A stretch of 64,000 nucleotides of DNA, from the NCBI GenBank assembly GCA_963729625.1, contig CAVSOU010000010.1:672001-736000 (forward strand). The letters are read 5' to 3'. How positions within the stretch are numbered: the stretch's first letter is position 1; each line of letters opens with the position of its first letter. The notes under the pieces are model-generated. The model saw only the letters and a program-made list of their open reading frames with translations. It was not told the DNA's origin and did no database searches. Positions 1 to 9,529 of the stretch are shown here, in pieces. Origin of the DNA: an uncultured bacterium (GTDB lineage: Bacteria; Chloroflexota; UBA5177; JANWHV01). A program made the translations under genes and the position numbers.

Positions 1-466
1 GAGAGAGTTCGCGATACGCCACCTCCCTACCGCGGCGCGCACCGGCCACAGGAGTGTGACACGTCCATAACGACGAGAGGGAATTGCTCACGCAACTCCC
101 TCTCACTTGCTGGTTTACCCGCTTCAGCTCAGTGTGTCTGTTTTTACAACACCTCACGTCGGATAGAACAGCGGCCGGCCGTCAGTACGAATTAATCGCT
201 GCCTGCGTAGCTTCGAAAGTGCAAAGGCTCAAGGGCCTATTCGTAGCGCTGGCGTTGGACCGACGACCGGCCCATTTGTGGAATCCTGCTTTCGCCCTCG
301 GCTATTCCCGGAACGCTTGTTCCTAGCTCCATCCGGTTGGCCGAGTCGGTCTTAATCGACCTGAAGGACTCCGAAGAAAAGGTACGGCTTCCTCAGAATA
401 TACATTGGAAGTCTCCTTTCCAGGAGGCGGATAGGAGGCTGTCAGCCTCCTTCGTGCCCTCGCACT
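1..466 (-). ncRNA. Probable OLE-like large structured RNA (5' ~466 nt; 3' part runs off the window)
   Basis: No credible ORF. The minus strand has GNRA-capped hairpins (13-bp stem with GUGA loop at 75-104; GGAA loop ~411-427; GAAA loop ~285-297). It also carries, in order, GGUCCAACG (253-261), AUAGGCC (234-240), GAGGUGU..AAAAACA (139-155), UGAGCU (126-131) and GUAAAC (112-118), which match my recollection of conserved OLE segments. A sigma70-type promoter lies directly upstream. Confidence 0.7.
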
Positions 467-472
467 ACAATC

Positions 473-501
473 ATGCTACGCCACACATATGCACATGTCA
501 A
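473..501 (-). promoter_or_regulatory. Sigma70-type promoter for the OLE-like RNA
   Basis: Minus strand TTGACA (501-496), 17-nt spacer, TAGCAT (478-473). Confidence 0.75.
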
Positions 502-676
502 GGCCCTTCCGTGGTGGAATACCGGTGATTCCTGCAGCCATTTCTGCTACTCGATCCGCCATACTTGAGGCATCGGGGCGAACACTATACTCTGGCTGCA
601 CTGCATGAATATGCTAAACTAAGTATTATCATGCGACAGTCTCGGCATCGCGGGGCCGAGCAAGCAACCGCCGGCC

Positions 677-2113
677 TCACGGCCCAAAGGCAAGCAGCAC
701 AGGAGGCCCAAGCTTGCCGCCATGCTGCACCGACTTGATGCTTTCAAAGATGATCCCGCCCCCGACTATAAGATTTCGGGCGGATGCCGACGGGAACGGC
801 GGCTTCAACTCGCGAAGCACCACCCCCGTGTCCCGGTCCAGCAGGGCAATTCGGCCGTCATCGGCCTGAACGATGACCAGGTTGCCACTCACAGCCAGCG
901 AACCCGAAGAAATGGAATTCAGGCCAGGTAAAGGCGTCGTCCACAGCATATGCCCGTCCTTGGCGCTGCGCGCGTCGACGAAGCCGGGGCGGAGACCAAA
1001 CATGATCTCAGGCAGTGCGGCTCCGAAAAGGGTGTCCCTGGCCGTCCATGTCAACTTGCCGAACCTGTCATAGGCCCTGACCGACGCACGCAAATTATCC
1101 GATCGACCCGTGAGCAAACCTGCGTAGACCCTGTCGCCCGCGGCACTCCACGCAATGGCGCCGAGTTTCTTGAGTACGCGAAACTGGTAACCATTCGCGG
1201 CGTCGATCACATAGGTATCAGCGCTCCCGAACGCCCCGAAGCTAAGGTAGAGTGTCCCGTAGGCTAGACACGGTACGGACGTGAAGCTGCCGGGATGCTC
1301 CCAGACCTTGCTCCCTGTCACCGCATCGAAAGCGTAGTACTGGGCAATAGTTGTCGACGACGTCGCCCCGGACCCGGTGTAGATACGACCGCCGCTCACG
1401 ATCAGTGACGAAAACGAAGGGGCCATGGTCCCCGCGGAATCTGTCGCCGAGCCTGCCCAGCCCGCGGTCTCCGCAGTGACGATGCGAATCTCCGAAAGGC
1501 GGTTGATGTAGAGGTAGGGTGACGCATAGGCAAGTCCCACGACGCCTGACGTTTGATACTGGTAACGAGGCGTGCCCATGGCCGCGTCGAACGAGGCCGC
1601 GTGCCCGCTTGCATCCAGGGCATAGAGAACGCCTTGTGCCTCGATTTGCGGCGTGAGTCCCTGCGCCTGCCAGCGGAGGTGAAGTAGTGGTATGGCGCCT
1701 GGAACGATGCTGCCAAGTGGATCTGCGTAGCTCTGCCCTGCATCGTGTCCAACCATCGGCCACGCGGCGGCGAGCGAGTAATGTGTGACGATCGGCGTTA
1801 CAGGCGCCTGGGTGAGTGTCACGGTTGCCGATGCCGTCGTCACAGCCCTGGCCAGGCGTGGGGTTGGCGATAGCGTCCGTGCCGAGCTGCCGCGCGCGAA
1901 CGGCGTGGCCTCGGCACGTACCTCCGCTCTCCATGCGATCAATGGGGAAGATGACGGAAGCCCTGAACGGAATGAAGCAGTCCATGCGGACGCGTCCAGC
2001 GTAAACAATACTCCGGCGACAAGGACAAAGCTACAGGCGATACGGACGGATATGCGCCAAGCCGGGCGGCCACAGGGGCGCACTACGAGCACTCCTCGCA
2101 GATGACTTGTCAA
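677..2113 (-). CDS. Secreted PQQ-like beta-propeller repeat protein (BamB-like repeats)
   Basis: N-terminal hydrophobic segment, WPMVGHD motif, repeated A.DA.TG...W motifs; start uncertain. Confidence 0.7.
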   Translation of the reverse strand: MTSHLRGVLVVRPCGRPAWRISVRIACSFVLVAGVLFTLDASAWTASFRSGLPSSSPLIAWRAEVRAEATPFARGSSARTLSPTPRLARAVTTASATVTLTQAPVTPIVTHYSLAAAWPMVGHDAGQSYADPLGSIVPGAIPLLHLRWQAQGLTPQIEAQGVLYALDASGHAASFDAAMGTPRYQYQTSGVVGLAYASPYLYINRLSEIRIVTAETAGWAGSATDSAGTMAPSFSSLIVSGGRIYTGSGATSSTTIAQYYAFDAVTGSKVWEHPGSFTSVPCLAYGTLYLSFGAFGSADTYVIDAANGYQFRVLKKLGAIAWSAAGDRVYAGLLTGRSDNLRASVRAYDRFGKLTWTARDTLFGAALPEIMFGLRPGFVDARSAKDGHMLWTTPLPGLNSISSGSLAVSGNLVIVQADDGRIALLDRDTGVVLRELKPPFPSASARNLIVGGGIIFESIKSVQHGGKLGPPVLLAFGP

Positions 2114-2153
2114 CGACTCAGGAGCGGGACCGCGATGACTCTAGATTACTATA

Positions 2154-3035
2154 TCAGGGCTGCGGCCACAGTAATCCCTCGAGGACCTTGGCCACGCCGT
2201 CGTCCGTGTTGGGCGGCGCGACAATGTCCGCCATTGCCAGGACCTCATCGTCGGCATTGCCCATCGCCACCCCCGTGCCGGCGATCCGGAGCAGGTCGAT
2301 ATCGTTGTGACTGTCGCCAAACGCGATCACCTGTTCGGGAGCGAGGCCAAGGGTTTCCATCACCAGCCTGAGTGCCGCGCCCTTGGACACCGCCGGGTGC
2401 AGGAACTCGAGCAAGACAGCATCAGTTCTCGTCACATAGAGCTGAGCGCCAAACGCCGCCTCGGCCACCGGACGCAATGTGTCAATGCGGTCGGGTGGCG
2501 CGGTCGCGACGATCTTGATGGCCGGCAAATGCAGCACCTCATCGAAGCCGCCCACCTCATACGCTCGCGGCATGCCTGGGGGCACAAGTGCATATTCGAG
2601 GCTGGATCGGTGAAGCACGTAAATGTCATGCTCCGAGAAATACGACGTGAATACATGCTCATCGCGCAGAAAGTCTATCACGGGGCGAACAAGGCTTGCG
2701 GGCAACGCTTGCAGGTACACGGGCCGTGCGGTGACCGGGTCGATTACCGCTGCGCCGTTATACGTAATCTGCGGCCCATTCAGGGAGAGCCCGTCGACGA
2801 AGTACCGCGCCATGGAATAGCTTCGACCGGTGGCAATCGCGACCGCTATGCCTTCGGCCTGTGCGCGTTCCAATGTGCCGCGGGTCCGCACGGAGACCTG
2901 CTTCCGGCCGTCGAGGAGAGTACCGTCGAGGTCCAATACGATCAGCTTGTATCGGCCTGGCAATGAAGCCTCACAATCTACGATGTGCATCGACACGAAC
3001 AGGCTCATTGCGGGAAATAGTAGCAGAGCCGTCAA
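2154..3035 (-). CDS. Cof-type HAD-IIB phosphatase
   Basis: DLDGTLL, ATGR, SKG, FGDSHND and AMGNA motifs; true start may be ~2990. Confidence 0.93.
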   Translation of the reverse strand: MTALLLFPAMSLFVSMHIVDCEASLPGRYKLIVLDLDGTLLDGRKQVSVRTRGTLERAQAEGIAVAIATGRSYSMARYFVDGLSLNGPQITYNGAAVIDPVTARPVYLQALPASLVRPVIDFLRDEHVFTSYFSEHDIYVLHRSSLEYALVPPGMPRAYEVGGFDEVLHLPAIKIVATAPPDRIDTLRPVAEAAFGAQLYVTRTDAVLLEFLHPAVSKGAALRLVMETLGLAPEQVIAFGDSHNDIDLLRIAGTGVAMGNADDEVLAMADIVAPPNTDDGVAKVLEGLLWPQP

Positions 3036-3062
3036 GGACTGGAGAGCACCGGTGCGCGACTG

Positions 3063-4235
3063 CTAGTCCCTCCTTCGGAATTGCGCCGTTATTCCCGACG
3101 TGAGCAGCGGAAACAGCGGCTGCTGCGCCGGCGCCGGCTTCGGCATAAGGCCTGACACGCGAAGCCCAAATAGCCTGATAGGTTCCCGCCGCCAGTGCTC
3201 ACGCATCAAATCGGCAGCAACTACGGCAATCCGTTCCGCGCTGTCAAACTGCTCGGGCAGCGTGCGGTCGCGCGTGAGCAGTCGCCAATCCTCCAGCCTT
3301 AGCTTGATCCCGACTGTCCGAGCGACGAGCCCCTGCGCTTCGAGACGAACTGCCAGTTCACTCGCCATGCCCTGGAGCAAGACCCAGAGGCGCCTGGCGT
3401 TCGTCTCGCCGCGACCAAATGTCTGTTCGCAGCTAATCGACTTGTAGGTACGCCCACCTACGAGCGGACTATCGTCGACGCCCATGGCGTATTCATGAAG
3501 CTCGGTTGCCCTGCGAGGGCCGAACGTTTCCGCAAGGTCGCGCGGATCACGCGCGGCAAGCTCGCCGAGCGTGGCAAGGCCGAGCCCGTTCAATCGTTCG
3601 GCCGTGCGTGGTCCCACGCCCCACAAAACACCGACTGGGAGCGGTGCGAGGAACCGGGCCTGCGTGCCCGGCGGGACGACGACCAAACCTCGAGGCTTTC
3701 CCTGATTCGTAGCGATCTTGGCCACCAGCTTGTTTGGCCCGATACCAAACGAACACGGCAGGCCGATTTCGTGGAATATAGCAGACCGTGCTGAGATGAG
3801 TGCGGGCCAAGACTGTGCCAGGCCGCCAAGCTGAACAAACGCCTCGTCAATACTGATCTGCTGGAAAGTGCCCGATATGCCGTGAAGGACGGCCATCACG
3901 CGCGCGGAATACGCACCGTACAGTGCGCGCCGTACTGGAAGCGCAATCAGGTTCGGACAGAGCCGGCGGGCCGCCACGAGACTCTGAGCGCTCCTGACGC
4001 CGAGAGCGCGAGCCGCATAGGAGGCCGAAGCCACTGCGCCGTGCCCCTGCTCATCCAGGCCCATGACCACCGCGATCGGCTTATCCGCGATCGCCGGATC
4101 CTCTCGCTGCTCCACGGACGCGTAGAAACTGTCAAGATCCATGTGCGCAACACATCGGGCTCCGGCAGCCCATTCCGGCGCGTCGAGCTGTGATTCGGCG
4201 TCGATTTGGCGGCGGTACTCGTGCGATGCATCCAT
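3063..4235 (-). CDS. dinB: DNA polymerase IV (Y-family)
   Basis: HMDLDSFYASVE, ASYAAR, SIDEAF, NKLVAKIA, KP.G and WGVG motifs. Confidence 0.95.
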   Translation of the reverse strand: MDASHEYRRQIDAESQLDAPEWAAGARCVAHMDLDSFYASVEQREDPAIADKPIAVVMGLDEQGHGAVASASYAARALGVRSAQSLVAARRLCPNLIALPVRRALYGAYSARVMAVLHGISGTFQQISIDEAFVQLGGLAQSWPALISARSAIFHEIGLPCSFGIGPNKLVAKIATNQGKPRGLVVVPPGTQARFLAPLPVGVLWGVGPRTAERLNGLGLATLGELAARDPRDLAETFGPRRATELHEYAMGVDDSPLVGGRTYKSISCEQTFGRGETNARRLWVLLQGMASELAVRLEAQGLVARTVGIKLRLEDWRLLTRDRTLPEQFDSAERIAVVAADLMREHWRREPIRLFGLRVSGLMPKPAPAQQPLFPLLTSGITAQFRRRD

Positions 4236-4388
4236 ATACTAAGCGTACAGCGGAGCTCGGGGGGTGGCGGGGAGTTATGCACTTGAGCGCGTTCAGCGCG
4301 TCAAGGTACCCTTGTATGCAAACATTGACTGGCCGCATCGTTGTACATCCATGATCGGGATGCCCTCCGTTGTCGGTGAGGTGCGCGA

Positions 4389-5324
4389 GTGCTTGACGTA
4401 TGCTTGCTGGGGTGTGGTGGCACCCAGCCCCTACCGGGGCGCCGCCTTTCGTCCGCACTTGTGCGGTATCGCGGACGCCTGGCGCTCGTCGACTGTGGAG
4501 AGGGCACGCAGGTGGCCATGCGTGAGCGCGCATGGGGATTGCGCAACCTGGACGCGATCTTCCTCACGCACATGCACGGGGACCACGTTCTCGGGCTGCC
4601 CGGCTTGCTGCTCACACTTGCCTTTACGGGTAAGGAAGAAAACGAGCGTTTGGTAATATGCGGGCCAGAGCCGATGATCGACGTCGTGAGCAGCCTGATG
4701 GTCGTGGCACCGCGTCTGCCGTTCCCGGTTGATCTGGTCGTCCTGGCGGGCGGCGAGCATTTCGAGCTTGACGGGCTCACCGGCCTGACAATCGATTGCT
4801 GCGCTGTACAACACGACGTGCCGTGCCTCGCCTACTCGTTCTCGCTGGCGCGCGCTCCACGGTTTGACCGGGAGCGAGCTGAGGCGCTCAGCGTGCCAAA
4901 GGCGGACTGGCGAACTCTGCAAGGCGGCAAGGAGGTTCGAGTGAACGGACGACTGGTTGGGCCAACGGCCGTGCTCGGCCCACCCAGACACGGCCTTCGC
5001 GTCGTCATGGCAACCGATCTTCGGCCGGATTCGGCCATCACGTCGTTCATCCACGCGGGTGGAGAAGGTGCGGATCTGCTCATAGCAGACGCGATGTATC
5101 CGACTGAGGCGGATGCGCCGAAGCGCTGGAAGCTCCGGCACATGACGTTCGCCGAGGTGGCCATGCTCGCTCGTGACGGCAATGCTCGCCTTCTTTGGCT
5201 GACGCACTTTGGACCGGCGCTCGCCGACCCGGAAGCGCAACTTCACCACGCAACAGAGATCTTCTCACGTACAGTTGCCGGCTATGACGGGCTCACCTCC
5301 ACGCTGGCCTTCGCCGAGGAGTGA
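4389..5324 (+). CDS. rnz: Ribonuclease Z
   Basis: LGCGGTQP, DCGEGTQ, THMHGDH motif, exosite arm, LTHF. Confidence 0.93.
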   Translation: MLDVCLLGCGGTQPLPGRRLSSALVRYRGRLALVDCGEGTQVAMRERAWGLRNLDAIFLTHMHGDHVLGLPGLLLTLAFTGKEENERLVICGPEPMIDVVSSLMVVAPRLPFPVDLVVLAGGEHFELDGLTGLTIDCCAVQHDVPCLAYSFSLARAPRFDRERAEALSVPKADWRTLQGGKEVRVNGRLVGPTAVLGPPRHGLRVVMATDLRPDSAITSFIHAGGEGADLLIADAMYPTEADAPKRWKLRHMTFAEVAMLARDGNARLLWLTHFGPALADPEAQLHHATEIFSRTVAGYDGLTSTLAFAEE

Positions 5325-5400
5325 GGGAGCGGCTATGGCGTAGACTCAGCGGCGCAGTGCAGGCAGCAGGCCATCTCTGCTATCGTATTGGGTATACAGC

Positions 5401-6327
5401 GTGAGCAGATTGAGGAGGATCTGGGTGGCTCGCTTTCGCCAGGCAATGATCGACGACATAGAACCGGCTAGCGAGGTGTACAGGCGCACTCTAGAAGACG
5501 CACGACATCTGGCGCACAGACCGTCCCCGGATCAGCGTTGGTTTGAAGATCGCGCCTGGTGGGAGCACCTTCTCCGAAGCAGCAAAGGCGGGTTCTGGGT
5601 CGCAGAGGAGGGTAGTGTTCTGGTTGGTATCTCCTGCGCCATCATCCGCGATGGCGAGTGGTTGCTTACCCACCTTTGCGTCGTCCCAGATCGCCAGGGC
5701 CACGGCGTCGGGCGCGGCCTGCTCGAACGGGCCCTTCGCAATGCGCGAGGCACGGACCGACACGCTGCGTGCGCGGGTGGCAGTCACTTCGCCAGCTCCA
5801 GTCTCCTCATGCGCCATGGACTATATCCTGCGCGAGACGTCATTGGGCTCCAGGGCCCCGTCAGCATATTCGAGCGGATGCGCGCGAACGCCGATGGCCT
5901 CGTCGCCGAGCCGTTCGGAGCGCACTCGACGTCAATCATCGGTCACATCGACGCACTCGACCGCCTGGTGCGCGGCGCAGGACGGAGCGACGATCATAAG
6001 TTCTGGATTGACCTGGGTATGCGCGGGCTTCTGTTCAGACGACATGGCCAGATCGTTGGCTACGGCTTTTGCAGTCCGTGGGGTGGCATCGGTCCGGTTG
6101 CCGCGCAGCATGAAAGTGACCTGCCGGCTATGCTGGAGCGCTGCGGTGCGCTGCTCATCGAGCAGGGAGTGACGGAGACGTCGCTGCTCGTGCCAGGCAT
6201 CAATCAAACGGTACTGTCGCTCCTGCTCCTGCACGGTTTTCGGCAGACATCGCTCGAGCTCTACTTGGCGACGCGTCCGGCAGGTGACTGGAGCCACTAT
6301 CTTCTCTTTCACAGCGCGCTACCGTGA
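5401..6327 (+). CDS. Two-domain GNAT acetyltransferase
   Basis: VVPDRQGHGVGRGLL acetyl-CoA motif; second domain with IGPVAA. Confidence 0.85.
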   Translation: MSRLRRIWVARFRQAMIDDIEPASEVYRRTLEDARHLAHRPSPDQRWFEDRAWWEHLLRSSKGGFWVAEEGSVLVGISCAIIRDGEWLLTHLCVVPDRQGHGVGRGLLERALRNARGTDRHAACAGGSHFASSSLLMRHGLYPARDVIGLQGPVSIFERMRANADGLVAEPFGAHSTSIIGHIDALDRLVRGAGRSDDHKFWIDLGMRGLLFRRHGQIVGYGFCSPWGGIGPVAAQHESDLPAMLERCGALLIEQGVTETSLLVPGINQTVLSLLLLHGFRQTSLELYLATRPAGDWSHYLLFHSALP

Positions 6328-6568
6328 TGCCACTTTAGCTTGCGCTGGATATGGCGTCATCTCGGCTTGAATCCCAGGTTCCTGGAGATCGCCGCGACAC
6401 TGCTGACGCGACAGGCGTGACTTTTCGTCCTTGACGCCACTGGCATCATCCAGCACAATTGTGCCCCAACGCTGTCAACTCCGCCTTCCATCGCAGTACG
6501 ATGATGTGGCGAGAGCCTCACTCCATGGCAGTCCCGAGGACACGACGAGTGCGTCACGACACGGAACA

Positions 6569-8233
6569 ATGACTATCGACCCGCCCGACCCTGCACCGAG
6601 TTCGGACGACAACCGTCCCGCGAACGGTCAAAGCCGCCATGACGTCGAGACGGCTGCACCGGGCGCCAAGAGGCACAGGCAGAGTGTCGCTCCGGAAGGT
6701 GGGACAACACGAAGCAGTCGCACGGCCCTAATCGCCGGCACAGTGTTCGCACTCATGGCCATCGGGGTGGGCGCCGTGGTGATTTGGCATACTCGCCAGA
6801 CGAGCAATGCGCGTCACACACCTGACGTCGACGATGTAGACATCAACAGTGTGGTGGGACGCAGGAGAGAGCGAAGCCGGGGCGCTGAGCTCGCCGCCAG
6901 CGCAATGCTCGCGCTCTTCGCCATCGTGGTGGGCTCAATGCTCATTGTCCATGCGCGCCGGCCGACGGCCGGGCGCCCCGAGTCGTGCAGGGCAGAAGCG
7001 GGCGCCAACACCTGCTTGACACACGTAACGACGTCGCGAGCGGCCACCGTTCCAACCTCCTTGAGGGGTCTCCATGCCAGAACCTCGCTTCCTGTCCGGG
7101 CCACTTCGCCCGTGCCCGCGCGATCACCTTACCCGACGGTCGGAATGGCGACCAGCGTGGCCGTGCCTCCGCTTCAACGTGTTTACGCGGACATACCGGG
7201 GCCGAGCCTGGCTCGCAGCCCGCGGCATCGGTACATCGACTGGCAAGCGCCCGCATCGCCCCCGACACCCAATGAATCCATGTTCGGCGCGGCGCCCACG
7301 CGTCAGACTGCTTCGACAATTTCCCTAGTCACCGGGGCGGGACCGACGACCACTGCCGTGCCGGTGGCCGCGGTCTCGGCGACATCGTCGGCCACGCCTA
7401 CCCCTGAGTTCGTGGAATTGTCCGGTGCTGCGGCGTCCCTGGCGCCAAGCGCGACGTCGACATCACCCGTCCCGGCCGCCGCGAGCACGCCGCGGTCACC
7501 ATCCATTGCGCCGACGCCGATCGCACCGACGACCGGGCCAACGCAGACCTTCCGCGCGGACACGCCGGTTCCTACCACGGCGGCCTCACCGTCGTTCTCA
7601 CCCACGCCTTCACTGCGGTTCACGGCGGCCGCGCCGTCATGGTCGGCCACGCCCACCCTGGGACTGACGCCGACCTGGACGGCGTCGAGCACTGTCACGC
7701 TCACTCGTCAGTTCACGGCGACCTCGACGGCGTCGAGTACTGCGACGACGAGCCCCACGGTCGCCGTCACATGGACACCCGAAGCAACAGACACGTCGAG
7801 CGATACGCCGACGACCACCCCGTCGCCCACGCCCAGCCCCACGCCGGCTGATATCGGCATGCACTACACATATGTCGTGACAAGTACCGCGATCACCCTG
7901 GCCTGGCGCACCACGTACGCCAGCTACTTCACCATCGATGGCGTCCGGGAGCCTGTCAACGGGACTCGAGCATATCCCCTGGCGACGCACACCTATATTC
8001 TGGTAGCTACCAGCCTCGACGGCACACAACGCCGGATCCAGCCAATCGTGGTAGCTTTGGAGGGTTGCACGGCGAGGCTCAACAACCAGAAGCTGAGCCT
8101 GACGGGCCCGCGGTGCCATGACGGCCTGCGGTTGCTTGCTGCTACGCCCACAGACACGCCACGCGTCGTGCAAACCGGCACGCCGACGCTATCCACGGGT
8201 GAGAGTCCGACCGCGACGACCTTCCATGGGTGA
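6569..8233 (+). CDS. Membrane-anchored Thr/Pro/Ser-rich hypothetical protein
   Basis: Two hydrophobic helices, long T/P/S low-complexity linker, short beta-rich C-terminal domain; start uncertain. Confidence 0.6.
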   Translation: MTIDPPDPAPSSDDNRPANGQSRHDVETAAPGAKRHRQSVAPEGGTTRSSRTALIAGTVFALMAIGVGAVVIWHTRQTSNARHTPDVDDVDINSVVGRRRERSRGAELAASAMLALFAIVVGSMLIVHARRPTAGRPESCRAEAGANTCLTHVTTSRAATVPTSLRGLHARTSLPVRATSPVPARSPYPTVGMATSVAVPPLQRVYADIPGPSLARSPRHRYIDWQAPASPPTPNESMFGAAPTRQTASTISLVTGAGPTTTAVPVAAVSATSSATPTPEFVELSGAAASLAPSATSTSPVPAAASTPRSPSIAPTPIAPTTGPTQTFRADTPVPTTAASPSFSPTPSLRFTAAAPSWSATPTLGLTPTWTASSTVTLTRQFTATSTASSTATTSPTVAVTWTPEATDTSSDTPTTTPSPTPSPTPADIGMHYTYVVTSTAITLAWRTTYASYFTIDGVREPVNGTRAYPLATHTYILVATSLDGTQRRIQPIVVALEGCTARLNNQKLSLTGPRCHDGLRLLAATPTDTPRVVQTGTPTLSTGESPTATTFHG

Positions 8234-8258
8234 GACGTGAGCCTGGTCTCCTGTCAGC

Positions 8259-8954
8259 CTACCCGACGATGCGAGCCTGAAGTGCCTCAGGACGGACCAG
8301 CACGATCCTGCGATCATCCATCGCGATCAGGCCCTTGTCCGCGAACCAGTGCAGCAACCGATTCACGCTGACGCGAGTTGCGCCAACCATCCCGCCGAGC
8401 TCGGTCTGCGTTATGTGAAGATCAATCTCTACTCCTCGGGCGGTCTTCTTGCCGTAGTCTTCGCCCAGACGCAGCAGCGTGCGCGCGAGCCTACCCGGGA
8501 TGTCGAGAAACATCAGATCTTCGACCTGCGTGGTCAACCTTCGAACGCGCCCCGCGAGTTCGCTGAGCAAGATGAGCGCCGCCTCCGGCTGTTCATGCAA
8601 GAAAGACACAAACGAACCGCGATCGAGCGTCAGCACGCGCGAGGCCTCCAGCGCCGTGGCAGTGGCCGAGCGCGGCGCTCCGTCGAGCAGCGCCAGCTCG
8701 CCGAAGACGTCCCCAACACTGTGGACGTTGAAGACTGCCTCCTTACCTTCGCTGGAGAAGACGCTGATCTTGATGCGGCCGGCTTTCACAAGGAAGAGGC
8801 TGTTGCCTGGATCGTCTTTGTGAAACAGAATCTCGCCCCGACGGTATGAGCGCACCCGCACACGACCTGCCAACGCGGTCACCGCGGAGTCAGACAGGCC
8901 CGCGAACAACGTGATCTGGCGCAAGGCAACTTGGTTCATCAAGGCAAGCGGCAT
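8259..8954 (-). CDS. Crp/Fnr family transcriptional regulator
   Basis: FGELALLDGAPRSATA cNMP-binding motif; HTH TQTELGGMVGATRVSVNR. Confidence 0.95.
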   Translation of the reverse strand: MPLALMNQVALRQITLFAGLSDSAVTALAGRVRVRSYRRGEILFHKDDPGNSLFLVKAGRIKISVFSSEGKEAVFNVHSVGDVFGELALLDGAPRSATATALEASRVLTLDRGSFVSFLHEQPEAALILLSELAGRVRRLTTQVEDLMFLDIPGRLARTLLRLGEDYGKKTARGVEIDLHITQTELGGMVGATRVSVNRLLHWFADKGLIAMDDRRIVLVRPEALQARIVG

Positions 8955-9063
8955 GAAATATCCTTCATTGGATACTATCGACTTCGACTCACGCTCCCAT
9001 CGGGCAACACGCGCCGCTCAACGAATTGTAGGCTGGCAGCAGCGCGCTGGTCAATCGCCGAGC

Positions 9064-9405
9064 TCACCCCTCGCCGAGCGTCCGCTCCATCAGGCTGAGG
9101 GTCGCTCGAAGCCGCTCGAGGAGTGGCGCGCTCGTTGACCCACCGTCGATCGCGTCTTCGATGGCCTCTTCCACCGCATCCATCATGGCAAGAACGACGT
9201 CGACAATAACGGGAGTGTACACATGTGCCCGCTGAATCCGCTCGACTCTGCCATCCGCGGACACCATCACGTCGGCGTTGTCGTCGTCGGAGCGCAGCGC
9301 CAGTCCCGGACGGTTACTGCCCATACCACTGGCTTCGGCAACGCTCGAGAAGTACGCGTCCGACAACAGTGGATGCTCCCCGTATGTACAAAAGGTGGGA
9401 TTCAT
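9064..9405 (-). CDS. Small hypothetical protein
   Basis: ATG preceded by GGAGG RBS; acidic helical product. Confidence 0.55.
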   Translation of the reverse strand: MNPTFCTYGEHPLLSDAYFSSVAEASGMGSNRPGLALRSDDDNADVMVSADGRVERIQRAHVYTPVIVDVVLAMMDAVEEAIEDAIDGGSTSAPLLERLRATLSLMERTLGEG

Positions 9406-9529
9406 AATCCTCCATAGAACATGCTACGATGCGAAGCAGCATGGTCAACCTGGGCGTAATCCGGGCACGACTCACAGGTCATGCTACAGGAGCAGGATAC
9501 ATGCGCGCTATTCGAAGCGGGTGCTGTGG

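Noticed and set aside
84-528. ORFs 84-326 and 337-528
   Set aside because: No motifs or RBS; antisense to the structured RNA and its promoter
4236-4388. LexA box upstream of dinB
   Set aside because: No GAAC-N4-GTTC match found; only an imperfect palindrome
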